Notes: generated from the sequence alone by a model not told the origin. A DNA stretch of 64,000 nt from an uncultured Actinomycetes bacterium (GCA_963725665.1 CAVRZA010000002.1:320001-384000), one strand, 5' to 3'. Numbered from the stretch's first letter, positions 49,234 to 59,715 are shown. A program made the numbers and translations.

Positions 49234-50441
49234 CACTGCTCCTCGTCCTTGCGCAGGTTCAGGTAGCGCCGCTTCACCGGGATCTCCTCGCCGGCCGCTG
49301 CGCTCTGGAGCACGGCGTAGGCCTCCTCGATGTTGGCGGGGAAGATGTCACGCCCGCCGAGGCCGTAGATGAAGGGGTAGATCTCGGGTCTCGTGGCGCA
49401 GTCGTACAGCGCCGACCGGACCTCGAGGAAGATGGGGCCGCCCTGGGCGCCGAACGAGTCGGCGCGATCGAGGACCCCGACCACCTTCACGCCCTGCAGG
49501 GCGTCGACGTACTCCTGCACGGGGAAGGGCCGCAGGGTGCGCACTTTCAGCACGCCCGCCTTGACGCCGGCGTCGCGCAGCTGATCGACGACCGTGCGCG
49601 TCGTCCCGGCCGTTGAGCCCACGACCACGATCGCGATCTCGGCGTCGTCGAGCCTGTAGGTCGAGAAGTGGTGATAGCGACGGCCGGTCAGCGCGGCGTA
49701 CTCCTCGGCGACCTCGTCGATGACGCGCAAGGCGCGCTCCATGGCGCGGTTCTGCGAGACCTTGTGCTCGAAGAACCAGCCGTGCAGGCCATCGAACGGG
49801 CCCACCGTGACGGGGTGCTTCGTGTCAAGCATCGGGTTGACGGCCACGTAGGGGCCGATGAACTCCTGCACGGCCTCGTCGGAGAGCATATTGAGCGGAC
49901 CGATGGCGCCGCTCACGATGAAGCCGTCCATCATCGTCATGACCGGCAGCCGCACCTCCATGTGCTCGGCGATGCGCACGGCCATCAGGTGGTTGTCGTA
50001 GGCCTCCTGGTGGTCCTCGCCGTAGAGCTGGATCCAGCCCGTATCGCGGGCGCCCATGGAGTCGGAGTGGTCGCAGTGGATGTTGATCGGGCCCGAGAGG
50101 GCGCGATTGACGTTGGCCATGACGACGGGCAGGCGGTAGGACGACGCGAGGTGCAGGAGCTCCCACATGAGAGCGAGGCCCTGCGAGCTCGTCGCGGTCA
50201 TCGTGCGCGCGCCGCCCGCGGCGGAGCCGATGACCGCGCTCATCGCCGAGTGCTCGCTCTCGACCGTGATGAACTCCGTGTCGACCTTACCGTCGGCGAC
50301 GAACTGGGCGAAGATCTGCACGATCTCAGTCGCCGGGGTGATGGGATAGGCGGCCACGACGTCGGGGTCGATCTGGCGCATGGCGTTGGCCACGGCCTCA
50401 TTGCCGGTGACCGCGATGGTGTTCACGTCGAGGGTCGCCAC
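49233..50441 (-). CDS. porA: Pyruvate/2-oxoacid:ferredoxin oxidoreductase alpha subunit
   Basis: GNEAVA, AYPITP, ESEHSA, TSSQGL, INIHCDHSD, YGLGGRD. Confidence 0.92.
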   Translation of the reverse strand: MATLDVNTIAVTGNEAVANAMRQIDPDVVAAYPITPATEIVQIFAQFVADGKVDTEFITVESEHSAMSAVIGSAAGGARTMTATSSQGLALMWELLHLASSYRLPVVMANVNRALSGPINIHCDHSDSMGARDTGWIQLYGEDHQEAYDNHLMAVRIAEHMEVRLPVMTMMDGFIVSGAIGPLNMLSDEAVQEFIGPYVAVNPMLDTKHPVTVGPFDGLHGWFFEHKVSQNRAMERALRVIDEVAEEYAALTGRRYHHFSTYRLDDAEIAIVVVGSTAGTTRTVVDQLRDAGVKAGVLKVRTLRPFPVQEYVDALQGVKVVGVLDRADSFGAQGGPIFLEVRSALYDCATRPEIYPFIYGLGGRDIFPANIEEAYAVLQSAAAGEEIPVKRRYLNLRKDEEQ

Positions 50442-50443
50442 GG

Positions 50444-50863
50444 TCACTCCTTCTCTTCGAGCAGCATGGTGATGGCCTTCGGGGGGCACTCGTGGGCGCA
50501 GATGCCGCATCCCTTGCAGTGCGCCAGGTCGACGGCGACCGCCTTGCCACCCTCGACGATGATGGCGGCGTCGGGGCAGTAGAAGTAGCAGAGCATGCAG
50601 CCGATGCACTTCTCGACGTCGATCTCGGGCACGAAGGTGCGCCAGCCGCCGGTCTCGTTGTAGATCGAGTTGCCCGCCTCGGGGATCACGGCCCCGAGCT
50701 CGTGACGGTCCGGGCCCCACTCCTGGATGTCGGAGATGTCCCAAGCCGGCTTGGGAGGGGCGCCTTTCGTCCCGTCGCCCTTGGCCCCGCCGCTCGCCGC
50801 GCGTGGGCCCTTGGGCGCCTTCGCCGCAGCGGGACGGGCGGCCGGTTTCTTGCTCGGAGTCAT
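50444..50863 (-). CDS. porD: Pyruvate/2-oxoacid:ferredoxin oxidoreductase delta subunit
   Basis: TGGWRT, CIGCMLCYFYCPD, CKGCGICAHECP. Confidence 0.92.
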   Translation of the reverse strand: MTPSKKPAARPAAAKAPKGPRAASGGAKGDGTKGAPPKPAWDISDIQEWGPDRHELGAVIPEAGNSIYNETGGWRTFVPEIDVEKCIGCMLCYFYCPDAAIIVEGGKAVAVDLAHCKGCGICAHECPPKAITMLLEEKE

Positions 50864-51468
50864 TCGCCCTGGACCTCCTCGTAGGCGCGCTGGAGCGCCC
50901 GGATGTTGCCTTCGACGACCTTGGGCGGGAACTTGTGGCCAAAGTCCTCGCGCATGAACTCGACGACGTCGTCGAGCGGGAAGAGCTCGGTCGCACGCAC
51001 TAGGGCGCCGACCATGGGGGTGTTGGGGATGGCGCGGCCGATGGTCTCGGTGGCGATGCGCGTCGCCGCGACGGCGTAGAGCCGGCCTCCCTTGATGGCG
51101 TACTTCGCACGCAGCTGTTTGGGCGCCAGGTCGGTGTTGACGATGAGGACCGCGTCGGCGGACGTGCCGTCCATCACGTTGACGATGTTGAGCAGGCTGG
51201 GGTCGAGCACGACGACGATGCCGGGATGCTCGATGCCGGAGTAGATCTGGATGGGCGCGTCGCTGATGCGCGTGAAGGCGACGATGGGCGCGCCGGAGCG
51301 CTCGGGCCCGTACTCAGGGAACGCCTGGAAGTACTTCTTCTGGCCGAGCGCGACCTCGGCGACCATCTTGGCCGCGGTGACCGCACCCTGTCCGCCGCGG
51401 CCGTGCCAGCGGATCTCGGTCATGCGTGCGCCGGGCGCCTTCTCGCGATCGGCAGTCTTGGTCTTCAC
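50860..51468 (-). CDS. porC: Pyruvate/2-oxoacid:ferredoxin oxidoreductase gamma subunit
   Basis: EIRWHGRGGQGAVT, FPEYGPERSGAP, IPNTPMVGA. Confidence 0.92.
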   Translation of the reverse strand: MKTKTADREKAPGARMTEIRWHGRGGQGAVTAAKMVAEVALGQKKYFQAFPEYGPERSGAPIVAFTRISDAPIQIYSGIEHPGIVVVLDPSLLNIVNVMDGTSADAVLIVNTDLAPKQLRAKYAIKGGRLYAVAATRIATETIGRAIPNTPMVGALVRATELFPLDDVVEFMREDFGHKFPPKVVEGNIRALQRAYEEVQGE

Positions 51469-51471
51469 GTC

Positions 51472-52077
51472 TCACCCCACCTGTCCGCGGCTGACCTCGC
51501 GCCGGCCGGCGAGAGCGCGGCCTAGCGTGAGTTCGTCTGCGTATTCGAGATCGCCGCCGACCGGCAGCCCGCTGGCGAGGCGCGAGACGCGCACCGCCTC
51601 GGGAAGCAGGTCGGCGATGTACAGTGCCGTAGCTTCGCCGGTCATCGTCGGGTTCGTGGCGAGGATGACCTCCCGGACCCCGTCGTCGACACGCCGCACC
51701 AGCTCGACCACGTGCAGGTCGGCCGGCTCGACGCCGTCGATGGGCGACAGGGCGCCGCCGAGCACGTGGTAGAGGCCGTGGAACTCGCGCGTGCGCTCGA
51801 TCGGCACAATGTCGGCCGGCTGCTCGACCACGCAGATCACGCTCGCATCGCGCCTCGTGTCGGCGCAGATGCCGCAGAGCTCGCCCTCGGCGAGATTGAA
51901 GCAGCGCGTGCAGAAGCCGATCTTCTCCTTGACCTCGACGATGGCCGCGGCGAGGGGAAGCACGTCGTCGGGGCGTTGTCTCAGGATGTGGAATGCGAGC
52001 CGCTGCGCGGTGCGTGGGCCGATGCCGGGAAGCTTGGCGAGCTCCGTGATCAGGCGTTCGACCGCAGGCGAATACAC
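51472..52077 (-). CDS. recR: Recombination protein RecR
   Basis: LPGIGPRTAQRLA, C4 zinc finger, TOPRIM, GGDLEYAD. Confidence 0.97.
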   Translation of the reverse strand: MYSPAVERLITELAKLPGIGPRTAQRLAFHILRQRPDDVLPLAAAIVEVKEKIGFCTRCFNLAEGELCGICADTRRDASVICVVEQPADIVPIERTREFHGLYHVLGGALSPIDGVEPADLHVVELVRRVDDGVREVILATNPTMTGEATALYIADLLPEAVRVSRLASGLPVGGDLEYADELTLGRALAGRREVSRGQVG

Positions 52078-52540
52078 GCTTCGTTACACTCCCTCGAGAG
52101 ATCGGGCGGCTCGTGCCGTTTCCGGCACCTGAACAAGGCGACAAGCCAACCACCGATTTTATGTGGCAGCCGGCCCACCGGCAACGCCGGTGGGCTGTCG
52201 CCGGCGGCCACCGCCTCGCCTCGCGGGGTGGTGACCCGCGCGGGGCCCGGCGCTGCGCCGCGGTAGACGGACCACCCCTTATCCCACCCTTCACAAGCGA
52301 CCCGCCGGAGCGACGCTTGCGTCGCTGCAGACGGCGTTTCGAGGCGGCTTGCGGGACCGGCCCGGTGTGAGCGGAGACTCTCGTGCTCCTGTGCACAAGA
52401 GTACCGTGAAGGAGCCCGTCATTCAAGGTCTTGGGCCCGGTCTTGCAGGGAGTTTTGCCGGAGCGGCGGACCGCTGCGCCGGCAGGGAGAGCCGGCGCAC
52501 ACCTCTGAGGTGCGCGCGAGGGGCGCTTGCGTCGCCTCTG

Positions 52541-52864
52541 CTAGAAGAGTCCGGGGATGTTGGGCAGGTCGAGGCCCTGCGTGGCGCCGCCGAGCTTCTT
52601 TTGTGCCAGGTCCTGCGCGGAGCGCAGCGCCTCGTTGGTGGCCGCCATGACCAGGTCCTGGAGCATCTCGACGTCGTCGGGGTCGACCGCGTCCTTCTCG
52701 ATGTGCACCTCGCGCACCTCGAGGTTGCCGCTTGCGACCACCGTCACCATGCCGCCGCCGGCACTCGCCGAGACGGTCTCGCTGGCGAGCTCCTCCTGCG
52801 CCCTGGCCATCTGCTCCTGCATCTTCTGGACCTGCTTCATCATCTTGGAGTAGTTCTGGTTCAT
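52541..52864 (-). CDS. ybaB: YbaB/EbfC nucleoid-associated protein
   Basis: [28 protein letters not shown]. Confidence 0.95.
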   Translation of the reverse strand: MNQNYSKMMKQVQKMQEQMARAQEELASETVSASAGGGMVTVVASGNLEVREVHIEKDAVDPDDVEMLQDLVMAATNEALRSAQDLAQKKLGGATQGLDLPNIPGLF

Positions 52865-52880
52865 CTGGGGGGCGTCTCCT

Positions 52881-54860
52881 CTACTCGTCCTCGGGCAGGA
52901 CCCGTGCGTCGAGGGTCTGTTCAACCATTTTGACCTTCTCGGCCAGGCTGAGGCTCTTCTGGGGAGCGGGCGGCGGCGCAGCCGCCGCCCGCTCCCTCTC
53001 ATTCACCACGTACTCGACCGCGAACGCGCCGCCGCTCACCTCGTGCAGCGCCGTTGTCAGCATCTCGGTGTTGGCCGGCTCGCGCACCTTGCGCAGAGCG
53101 AACTCGGAGGGCACGGCCACGGTGAGCACGCCGTGCGCCAGCTCCGTCGGTCGCGCCTCCTTCAACGCTCCGTACAGCGTCGCGTCACGCCTCTCGAGTT
53201 GCTGGAGCACGAGGTTCCAGCCGCGCTTGAGCTTCTCGAGGCTCGGATGCTCGGGCCCCAAGTGTTGCGGGGCCGGCCCCGCTGGTTCGGGCGCCGTCGC
53301 ATCGGATGCAGACGCCGCTGCAGCGGCCGGTCCTTGGCTCGCCTCAGGCTCGGCTGCCGCTGACGGCGCCTCTGCTTCCGGTGACGGCGCCCGCGCCGAC
53401 GGCGCCGCCGAGTCCGATGACGGCTCGGCGGTCGTCGCCGAGGGCTCGCCTGCTGCGGCCGGCTCAGGTGGCGCGGTCGGTCCAGGCGCCGCGGGCGGCT
53501 CGGGGCCGCTTGCGACGTCGGTGGCAGGCGGCACAGCCGAGACGGCGCCGACACTCGCGGCGCCGGCGTCGCCGCCCTCGTCACGGACGCCGGGCTCGAC
53601 GCGCGTCGCGGCGTCGCCGACGGGTGGCGGCGCGCCCGGAGTCCCACCGGCTACCGGACGCCTGCCGCTCGCGGCCTCGAGGCGGCGCAGGCGCTCCTCG
53701 AGGCCGTCGGGCGAGAGGTCGACCTGCGGCTTGGTCGCCTTGACCAGGGCGAGCTCGAGCTGCAGCCGGCCGTCGAGGCCCGCCTTGATCTCGCTCTGGG
53801 CGTCGCCCAGCAGCTCGATCAGGCGGACCAGCTCGGCCGGCCGCAGGTTGTTGGCCTGCTCCTGCACCTTGTGCAGGCGCGCGTCGCCGAGCCCGAGACC
53901 GGTGTCGAGTGAGCGCACCACATCGGGGTCGCCGGTGTCGGAGTGCTGCACGATGAAGACGTGTCGCAGGTGGGTGAGGAGCTCCTTGATGAACTGCGCG
54001 TAGTTGGGCCCCCGCTCCGAGAGGCGTTGCACGAACAGAAGCGCTCCGGCCGCGTCGCGGTCGATGACGACGTCGGTCAGCTCGAAGAGGAGCTCGTCCT
54101 CGACCACGCCGAGCACGTCGAGCACGTCGCGGGCCTTGATCGTCTGGCCCTCGAAGAAGGTCACCATCTGGTCGAGGACGCCGACCGCGTCGCGGAAGCT
54201 TCCCTGCGCGTGCTCGGCGATCTCGGCCACGGCGGCGTCTTCGATGTCGATGCCCTCGCTCGCGGCGATGCGGCGCAAAACGTCGCGGATCTCGGGCAGC
54301 CCCGGGCGCTTGAAGTCGAAGCGCTGGCAGCGCGAGAGGATCGTCGTGGGGATCTTGTGCGGCTCGGTCGTGGCGAGCACGAACACCACGTGCGCCGGTG
54401 GCTCCTCGAGCGTCTTCAGGAGGGCGTTGAAGGCCGCCTCGGTGAGCATGTGGACCTCGTCGATGATGTAGACCTTCGACCGGCCGCGCACCGGTTGAAA
54501 GGCGACCTTGTCGCGGATCTCACGGATGTCGTCGATGCCGCGGTTCGAGGCGGCGTCCATCTCGATGACGTCGAGCGAGGTGGAGGCGGCGATGGCGACG
54601 CACTCGTCGCACACCCCGCAGGGCGTGACGGTCGGAGCGGTGACCGGCGTGCCGTCGGGGTTCTCGCCCACGCAGTTGAGCGCCTTGGCGAGGATCTTGG
54701 CCATGCTCGTCTTGCCGATGCCGCGCGGTCCGGCGAAGAGGTAGGCGTGCGCGACGGCGCTCGTGGAGACGGCGTTCTTGAGCGTGCGCGCCACGTGGTC
54801 CTGACCGACGACCTCGTCGAACGTCTGGGGACGGTACTTGCGGTAGAGGGAGAGCTTCAT
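52881..54860 (-). CDS. dnaX: DNA polymerase III gamma/tau
   Basis: [30 protein letters not shown]; Pro/Ala-rich linker. Confidence 0.97.
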   Translation of the reverse strand: MKLSLYRKYRPQTFDEVVGQDHVARTLKNAVSTSAVAHAYLFAGPRGIGKTSMAKILAKALNCVGENPDGTPVTAPTVTPCGVCDECVAIAASTSLDVIEMDAASNRGIDDIREIRDKVAFQPVRGRSKVYIIDEVHMLTEAAFNALLKTLEEPPAHVVFVLATTEPHKIPTTILSRCQRFDFKRPGLPEIRDVLRRIAASEGIDIEDAAVAEIAEHAQGSFRDAVGVLDQMVTFFEGQTIKARDVLDVLGVVEDELLFELTDVVIDRDAAGALLFVQRLSERGPNYAQFIKELLTHLRHVFIVQHSDTGDPDVVRSLDTGLGLGDARLHKVQEQANNLRPAELVRLIELLGDAQSEIKAGLDGRLQLELALVKATKPQVDLSPDGLEERLRRLEAASGRRPVAGGTPGAPPPVGDAATRVEPGVRDEGGDAGAASVGAVSAVPPATDVASGPEPPAAPGPTAPPEPAAAGEPSATTAEPSSDSAAPSARAPSPEAEAPSAAAEPEASQGPAAAAASASDATAPEPAGPAPQHLGPEHPSLEKLKRGWNLVLQQLERRDATLYGALKEARPTELAHGVLTVAVPSEFALRKVREPANTEMLTTALHEVSGGAFAVEYVVNERERAAAAPPPAPQKSLSLAEKVKMVEQTLDARVLPEDE

Positions 54861-54952
54861 GGTCGGCCTAGTGTACCCGCGGTCGCCGACAGCGTGAAGG
54901 AGGTGCGGGCGCGAGCCCGCCGTCGCCGGGGGTAGACGGGGGGTAGACGTAT

Positions 54953-55222
54953 GGCCGCGCACCCGCCGTCGAGTACCATCCTCCGAGCGTCCCTGCCGGT
55001 GGCAAGCTCCGGCCGGGCGCCCCCGCGGCACATGGAAGTGCCTGCTTACCGCTGCTTCCTTCCGGACCTGACGGGGTTCGCAGGGTCCCATTGCGCGGGA
55101 CCCGGCCATCAACGCCGCACGCCGGCCGACGGCCTCGCGGGACGGCCCCTCGGGCGGGGATTCAGCCCCGCTGTAGCGGATTGCGGGTACAGGGCACCGC
55201 TAGCTCCCCGCCTAGCGCGACC
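54953..55222 (-). ncRNA. ffs: Large (Alu-domain-containing) bacterial SRP RNA
   Basis: 5' GCTAGGCGGGGAGCTAGCGGTGCCCTGTACCCGCAATCCGCT Alu motif and helix 8 TCAGGTCCGGAAGGAAGCAGC; promoter TTGACC-N17-TAGACT at 55258-55230; upstream of dnaX. Confidence 0.93.
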
Positions 55223-55287
55223 ATCAGCGAGTCTACCCATGGTCCGAAGGGGGGTCAAACGCATGCTCGAGCCCTGCGCCCGGCGCG

Positions 55288-57975
55288 CTAGACGCGCAGC
55301 ACGATCTTGCGGATCTCGGGGTCGTCGGTGGGCCGCACGTCGAAGCCGAGCGACTCGGCGAAGCGCAGCATCCTCGTGTTGGCCGCCAGCACGTCGCCGT
55401 TGATCTCGCGCACGTGCTGGTCGCGCGCCGCTTGGATCAGGGCGTCCATGAGCTCCGTGCCCAGGCTCCTGCCTTGGTACTCGTCGCGTACGACGATGGC
55501 GAACTCGCCCTCTTCGGCGTTGCCCGTCTCCTTGGTCAGACGGGCAACGCCGAGCATCCTGGCCTTCTTCTTCTGCCCCTGGATGGCGACGATGGCGATC
55601 TCGCGGTCGTAGTCGATGTGCAGGTAGCGCACCAGCATCGACTTGGTGATCTCCTTGACCGGACCGAAGAAGCGGTACTCGGTCGTGGCCTCCGAGAGGG
55701 AGTTGATCATCTCCGACCACAAGGGTTCGTCCTCGGGCCGGATGGGACGCAGCTTGACCTTGTCCTTCTCGCCCTCGATGGCGAACTCGGACTCGTACTT
55801 GCTGGGGTACATCGAGATGATGAGGTGCGATCCCGGCAGGGCGATCTTGCGCACGTCCTTGGGCTCGATGACGATGCGCGCGTCGAGCGCGGCCAGCCCG
55901 TCGGCGCGCACCTGCACGGGGTTGGCGTCCATCTCGAGGATCTCGGGGAAGTCGACCAGCAGGTAGCTGAACTTCACCAGCGTCTGCTCGAGCGCCACCA
56001 TGTCGACCGCCGGACGGCCCCGGTAGCCTTCGAGCAGCCTCGAGACCTTCGTGTCGCGGATCATGGCGCGCGCGAGCGTCTCGTTGACGGGCGGGAAGTC
56101 GACGGCCACGTCGCGGTAGAGCTCGACGCCGGTGCCGCCCATGCCGAACATGAGCGCCGGGCCGAAGGTCGCGTCGCGCTTGGAGCCGATGATGACCTCG
56201 TAGCCGCCGCGCGGGGCCATCTCCTCGACGACCATGCCGAGGATCTCGGCCTCGGGCGCCGCCGCCTGCACGCGCTCGGAGACCTCTGTGTACTGCTTGG
56301 CGGCCTCGGGCGCCGAGCGGATGTTGAGCGCCACGCCGCCCACATCGGTCTTGTGCGTGATGTCGTGCGAGAGGACCTTCATCGCCACTGGGAAGCCCAA
56401 CTGCTCGGCGGCGGCGGCCGCCTCCTCGGGGCTCGTCGCGACGACCGTCTTGACCGCCGGGATCTCGTAGGCCTCGAGGACCTCCTTCGCCTCGACCTCG
56501 GTGAGGATTGACCGACCCGAGCGCGCCGCCGCGGTGAAGATGCGCTTCACACGTTCCCGGTCGGGGTTGAAGTCGGGCAGAAGGTCGGTCGGCGTCTCGT
56601 AGAGGAGCGCCAGGTTCTTGGTGTAGTCGTACATGTACATGTAGGCCCCCACGGCGTCCTCAGGGGTGTTAAACGTGGGGATGTGGGCCTGGCGCAGCGC
56701 CTCGATGCCGTCGCGCACCTTGATCTCGCCCATGAAGGAGGTGAGCAGCGGCTTGCGCGGGTGCGCCCTTGACACTTCGATGAGCGCCGCCGCGGTCTCG
56801 GTGGGGTGGCTCATCGCCTGCGGCGTGAGGATGGCGAGGACACCGTCGATGTTGGGGTCCTCCATCAGCGCCGCGGCCGCGTTGCCGTAACGCACCTCGT
56901 CGGCGTCTCCGCCCACGTCTACCGGGTTGCCGCGGGCCGCGAACCCGGGGAGGGCCGACTGCAGCTTGGCGTCGGTCTCGGGGCTCACGTCGGCGAGCTC
57001 GCCGCCGAGGGCGAGGAGGCGGTCGGAGGCCATCACGCCGGGGCCGCCGGCGTTGGTGAGGATCGCGAGGCGGGGACCTCTGGGGCTCGTCTGGCGGCTC
57101 AGCGCCTCGGAGGCGTCGAACAGGTCTTCGATCTCGTCGACGCGCACGACGCCGGCGCGACGGAAGGCGGCGCTGTAGAGCGTGTCGTCGCCGGCGATCG
57201 CGCCGGTGTGCGAGGCCGCCGCCATGGCGGAGCGGGCGCTGCGCCCCGCCTTGACGACGATGATCGGCTTGGTCTTGGCGAAGTGGCGCGCCGCGCTCAT
57301 GAACTTGCGCGCGTCGGTGATCGCCTCGATGTAGATGATGATCGAGCTCGTCTGCGGGTCGGCGCCGAAGCAGTCGATGAGGTCGCCGAAGTCGACGTCG
57401 CTCATCGACCCCACCGAGACGAAGGCCGAGAAGCCGACATGGTTGGCCGTCGCCCAGTCGAGGATGGCCGTGCCCAGGGCGCCGGACTGGCTGAAGAAGG
57501 CTACGCGGCCGGGCTCGGGCATGACGTGGGCGAAGGTGGCGTTGAGGTTGTGTCCCGGGCGGATGTAGCCGAGACAGTTGGGACCCAGGATGCGCAGGTC
57601 GTAGGACCGCGCGATGGCGAGCACCTGCTCCTCGAGCCGCTGTCCCTGGGCGCCGGTCTCCTTGAACCCGGCCGACACGATGACGCAGGCGCCTACCCCG
57701 GCCTCGCCGCATTCGCGCACCAGGTCGGGCACGGCTTTGGCCGGCACGGCGATGATGGCGAGGTCTACCTTGCGCGGTACCTGGGAGACGGTGGCGTAGG
57801 CCTGGATGCCCTGCACGGCCATTGCCGTCGGGTTGACGGGGTAGACGACGCCGTTGTACTCGGCGCCGATGAGATTGTGCAAGAGGATGTAGCCGACGGA
57901 GCCTTTCTTGTTGGAGGCGCCGATCACGGCGATGCTCTTGGGATCGAACAGCTTGTCGAGGTTCAGCGTGCTCAT
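55288..57975 (-). CDS. Acyl-CoA synthetase (NDP-forming)-like / GNAT fusion; Pat/PatZ-type protein lysine acetyltransferase
   Basis: GPNCLG, SQSG, SHTG, NPVD, HKTDVGGV, ATP-grasp, C-terminal GNAT (YQGRSLG). Confidence 0.88.
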   Translation of the reverse strand: MSTLNLDKLFDPKSIAVIGASNKKGSVGYILLHNLIGAEYNGVVYPVNPTAMAVQGIQAYATVSQVPRKVDLAIIAVPAKAVPDLVRECGEAGVGACVIVSAGFKETGAQGQRLEEQVLAIARSYDLRILGPNCLGYIRPGHNLNATFAHVMPEPGRVAFFSQSGALGTAILDWATANHVGFSAFVSVGSMSDVDFGDLIDCFGADPQTSSIIIYIEAITDARKFMSAARHFAKTKPIIVVKAGRSARSAMAAASHTGAIAGDDTLYSAAFRRAGVVRVDEIEDLFDASEALSRQTSPRGPRLAILTNAGGPGVMASDRLLALGGELADVSPETDAKLQSALPGFAARGNPVDVGGDADEVRYGNAAAALMEDPNIDGVLAILTPQAMSHPTETAAALIEVSRAHPRKPLLTSFMGEIKVRDGIEALRQAHIPTFNTPEDAVGAYMYMYDYTKNLALLYETPTDLLPDFNPDRERVKRIFTAAARSGRSILTEVEAKEVLEAYEIPAVKTVVATSPEEAAAAAEQLGFPVAMKVLSHDITHKTDVGGVALNIRSAPEAAKQYTEVSERVQAAAPEAEILGMVVEEMAPRGGYEVIIGSKRDATFGPALMFGMGGTGVELYRDVAVDFPPVNETLARAMIRDTKVSRLLEGYRGRPAVDMVALEQTLVKFSYLLVDFPEILEMDANPVQVRADGLAALDARIVIEPKDVRKIALPGSHLIISMYPSKYESEFAIEGEKDKVKLRPIRPEDEPLWSEMINSLSEATTEYRFFGPVKEITKSMLVRYLHIDYDREIAIVAIQGQKKKARMLGVARLTKETGNAEEGEFAIVVRDEYQGRSLGTELMDALIQAARDQHVREINGDVLAANTRMLRFAESLGFDVRPTDDPEIRKIVLRV

Positions 57976-58155
57976 CGGCGTCTCTCCAGATGCAGGCTCG
58001 GCGGTCTCCAGCGTTCACGCACCTTGCGGCGGCGCGTTGGGTCATGGCAAAAAAGAGACGGGACCACGCACGTGCCCCGCCCCCCTTCGCGTCTCCAGTC
58101 TATACCCGGCGGCGCTCCTTCCCGCCACGTGGCGTGACGGAGCGGAGCGTCCGGG

Positions 58156-59631
58156 CTACAGTCTCGCCGCCTCGCGTTCGGCCTGCTGGAGTACGCGGTC
58201 GAGGGCGGCGAGGACGTCGTCGGGCAGGGGCGCGGGCCGGTGCTCGCGCGCCAGGCGCGCGAACTCGGCCCGCGCCCCTGCCACGACCGGCTCCTCGCCG
58301 CCCATCGTGGGCGGGGCCAGTGGCGGGTGCAAGGGCCCGAAGCGCACGTCGCGCAGATGCTCGCGCGTGTGGCGGTGGGCGAGGAAGTGGCCGCGCGGTC
58401 CGATGTCGGCGATCACCTGTAAGGCAGGGTCGCCGAGGCCCGTGGTCGTTTGCTCGAGCCACTCGTAGGCGCGCAGCGCCGCCTCGTGCTGGAGCACCAG
58501 GAGATGGGGCTCGAGGACGGTCGCCCCGCCGAGCAGGCCGCCCATGTCGCCCGTGATCTCGCCTCCGTACAGGGGAAGCAGGGCTGCGCCGAGCCCGGCG
58601 TGGGCGCCGGCCTCCCAGCCGATGCGCCTGGCGTCGCTGGAGAGGCTCGAGCCCTGCAAGCAGGGCACGCCCCAGGCGTGCGCGAGCTGCACCAGAAGCC
58701 AGCCCACGGCGGCGTCGAACTCCGAGACGTAGCCGCCGCTGTGGGGGTCCATGACGGAGAGCAGGTTGCTGTGGAAGACGGCCGCGCCGGGGTGGGCGAG
58801 CTGCACAAGGACCATGGCGCTCACCACCTCGGCTTCGCCGAGAGCGATGGCACCCGCGAGCGACATCGGCGCCGTGCTCCCCATGGTCGGCATCGCCATG
58901 AAGCTCATCGGGATGCCGGCCTCGGCGTACACGAGCGCGGTCTCGACGCCGGTCGCGTCTTGGGAGAGGGGGCTGATGGTGCAGATGTTGGCGCAGATCG
59001 GCGGGCGGCGGCGGCGCGCCTCCTCCGACCCCGCGACGACGGTCGCCATCTCCACGATGCGGCGCGCCAGGACGGGGTGCACCGTCGTCGCACCGCGCAC
59101 GTGCTTCAGGGTGTTGGTGAGCCCGGCGTGGCACTCGTGGAGGGGGGCCGTCCGGGGGTGGTCCTGGGCGCTCACGCAGGGCCAGAAGAACGAGATCAGA
59201 GGCAGGGCGTCGGCCACACGCGCCATGAGCTCGATGTCGGCCGTGCGCGAGGCGCGCTCCTGGCCCGTCTCCGGGTCGCGCACGCGAACGCCCACACCCT
59301 CGGTACAGAGGTAGGTCCGCGCGCCGTCGAGCACCAGGTCGAAGCGCTCCTCACGTCCCGCGAGGACGAACGCACGCGGCGCCGTCGCGAGCGCGCGCTC
59401 GACGAGGTCCTGCGAGAGGCGCACGGCGCCGTCGTCGCCGACGACGGCGCCGTGCGCCCTGAAGATCTCGAGCGCGCGCTCGCACGGGAAGCACACCCCG
59501 ACGCCCTCGAGGATGTCGAACGTCGCCTGCTTGAGGCGCGCTACGCCGGCGGCGTCGAGCGGGTCGCGCCGCAGCCGGTCGGAGAACCAGAGGATGTCAG
59601 GGGTCGCCGTGCTCGTCGCGTCCGTGTTCAT
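58156..59631 (-). CDS. Non-pyrrolysine MttB/MtgB-family methyltransferase
   Basis: ISPL, GSTAPMSLAG, GPRGHFL; no in-frame TAG (region reads LQGSSLSSDAR). Confidence 0.85.
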   Translation of the reverse strand: MNTDATSTATPDILWFSDRLRRDPLDAAGVARLKQATFDILEGVGVCFPCERALEIFRAHGAVVGDDGAVRLSQDLVERALATAPRAFVLAGREERFDLVLDGARTYLCTEGVGVRVRDPETGQERASRTADIELMARVADALPLISFFWPCVSAQDHPRTAPLHECHAGLTNTLKHVRGATTVHPVLARRIVEMATVVAGSEEARRRRPPICANICTISPLSQDATGVETALVYAEAGIPMSFMAMPTMGSTAPMSLAGAIALGEAEVVSAMVLVQLAHPGAAVFHSNLLSVMDPHSGGYVSEFDAAVGWLLVQLAHAWGVPCLQGSSLSSDARRIGWEAGAHAGLGAALLPLYGGEITGDMGGLLGGATVLEPHLLVLQHEAALRAYEWLEQTTTGLGDPALQVIADIGPRGHFLAHRHTREHLRDVRFGPLHPPLAPPTMGGEEPVVAGARAEFARLAREHRPAPLPDDVLAALDRVLQQAEREAARL

Positions 59632-59715
59632 GCGTCCGTCACCTCTTGGGGGTGTGTGTTCGCGATTGCGTCCGCATGCTACAGCCGCCCTCTCTCGGAC
59701 GGCTAGCCGAATGCA

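Noticed and set aside
53250-53660. Low-complexity stretch in dnaX as an intein or programmed frameshift
   Set aside because: Ordinary Pro/Ala-rich tau linker; no splicing motifs or A-rich slippery site
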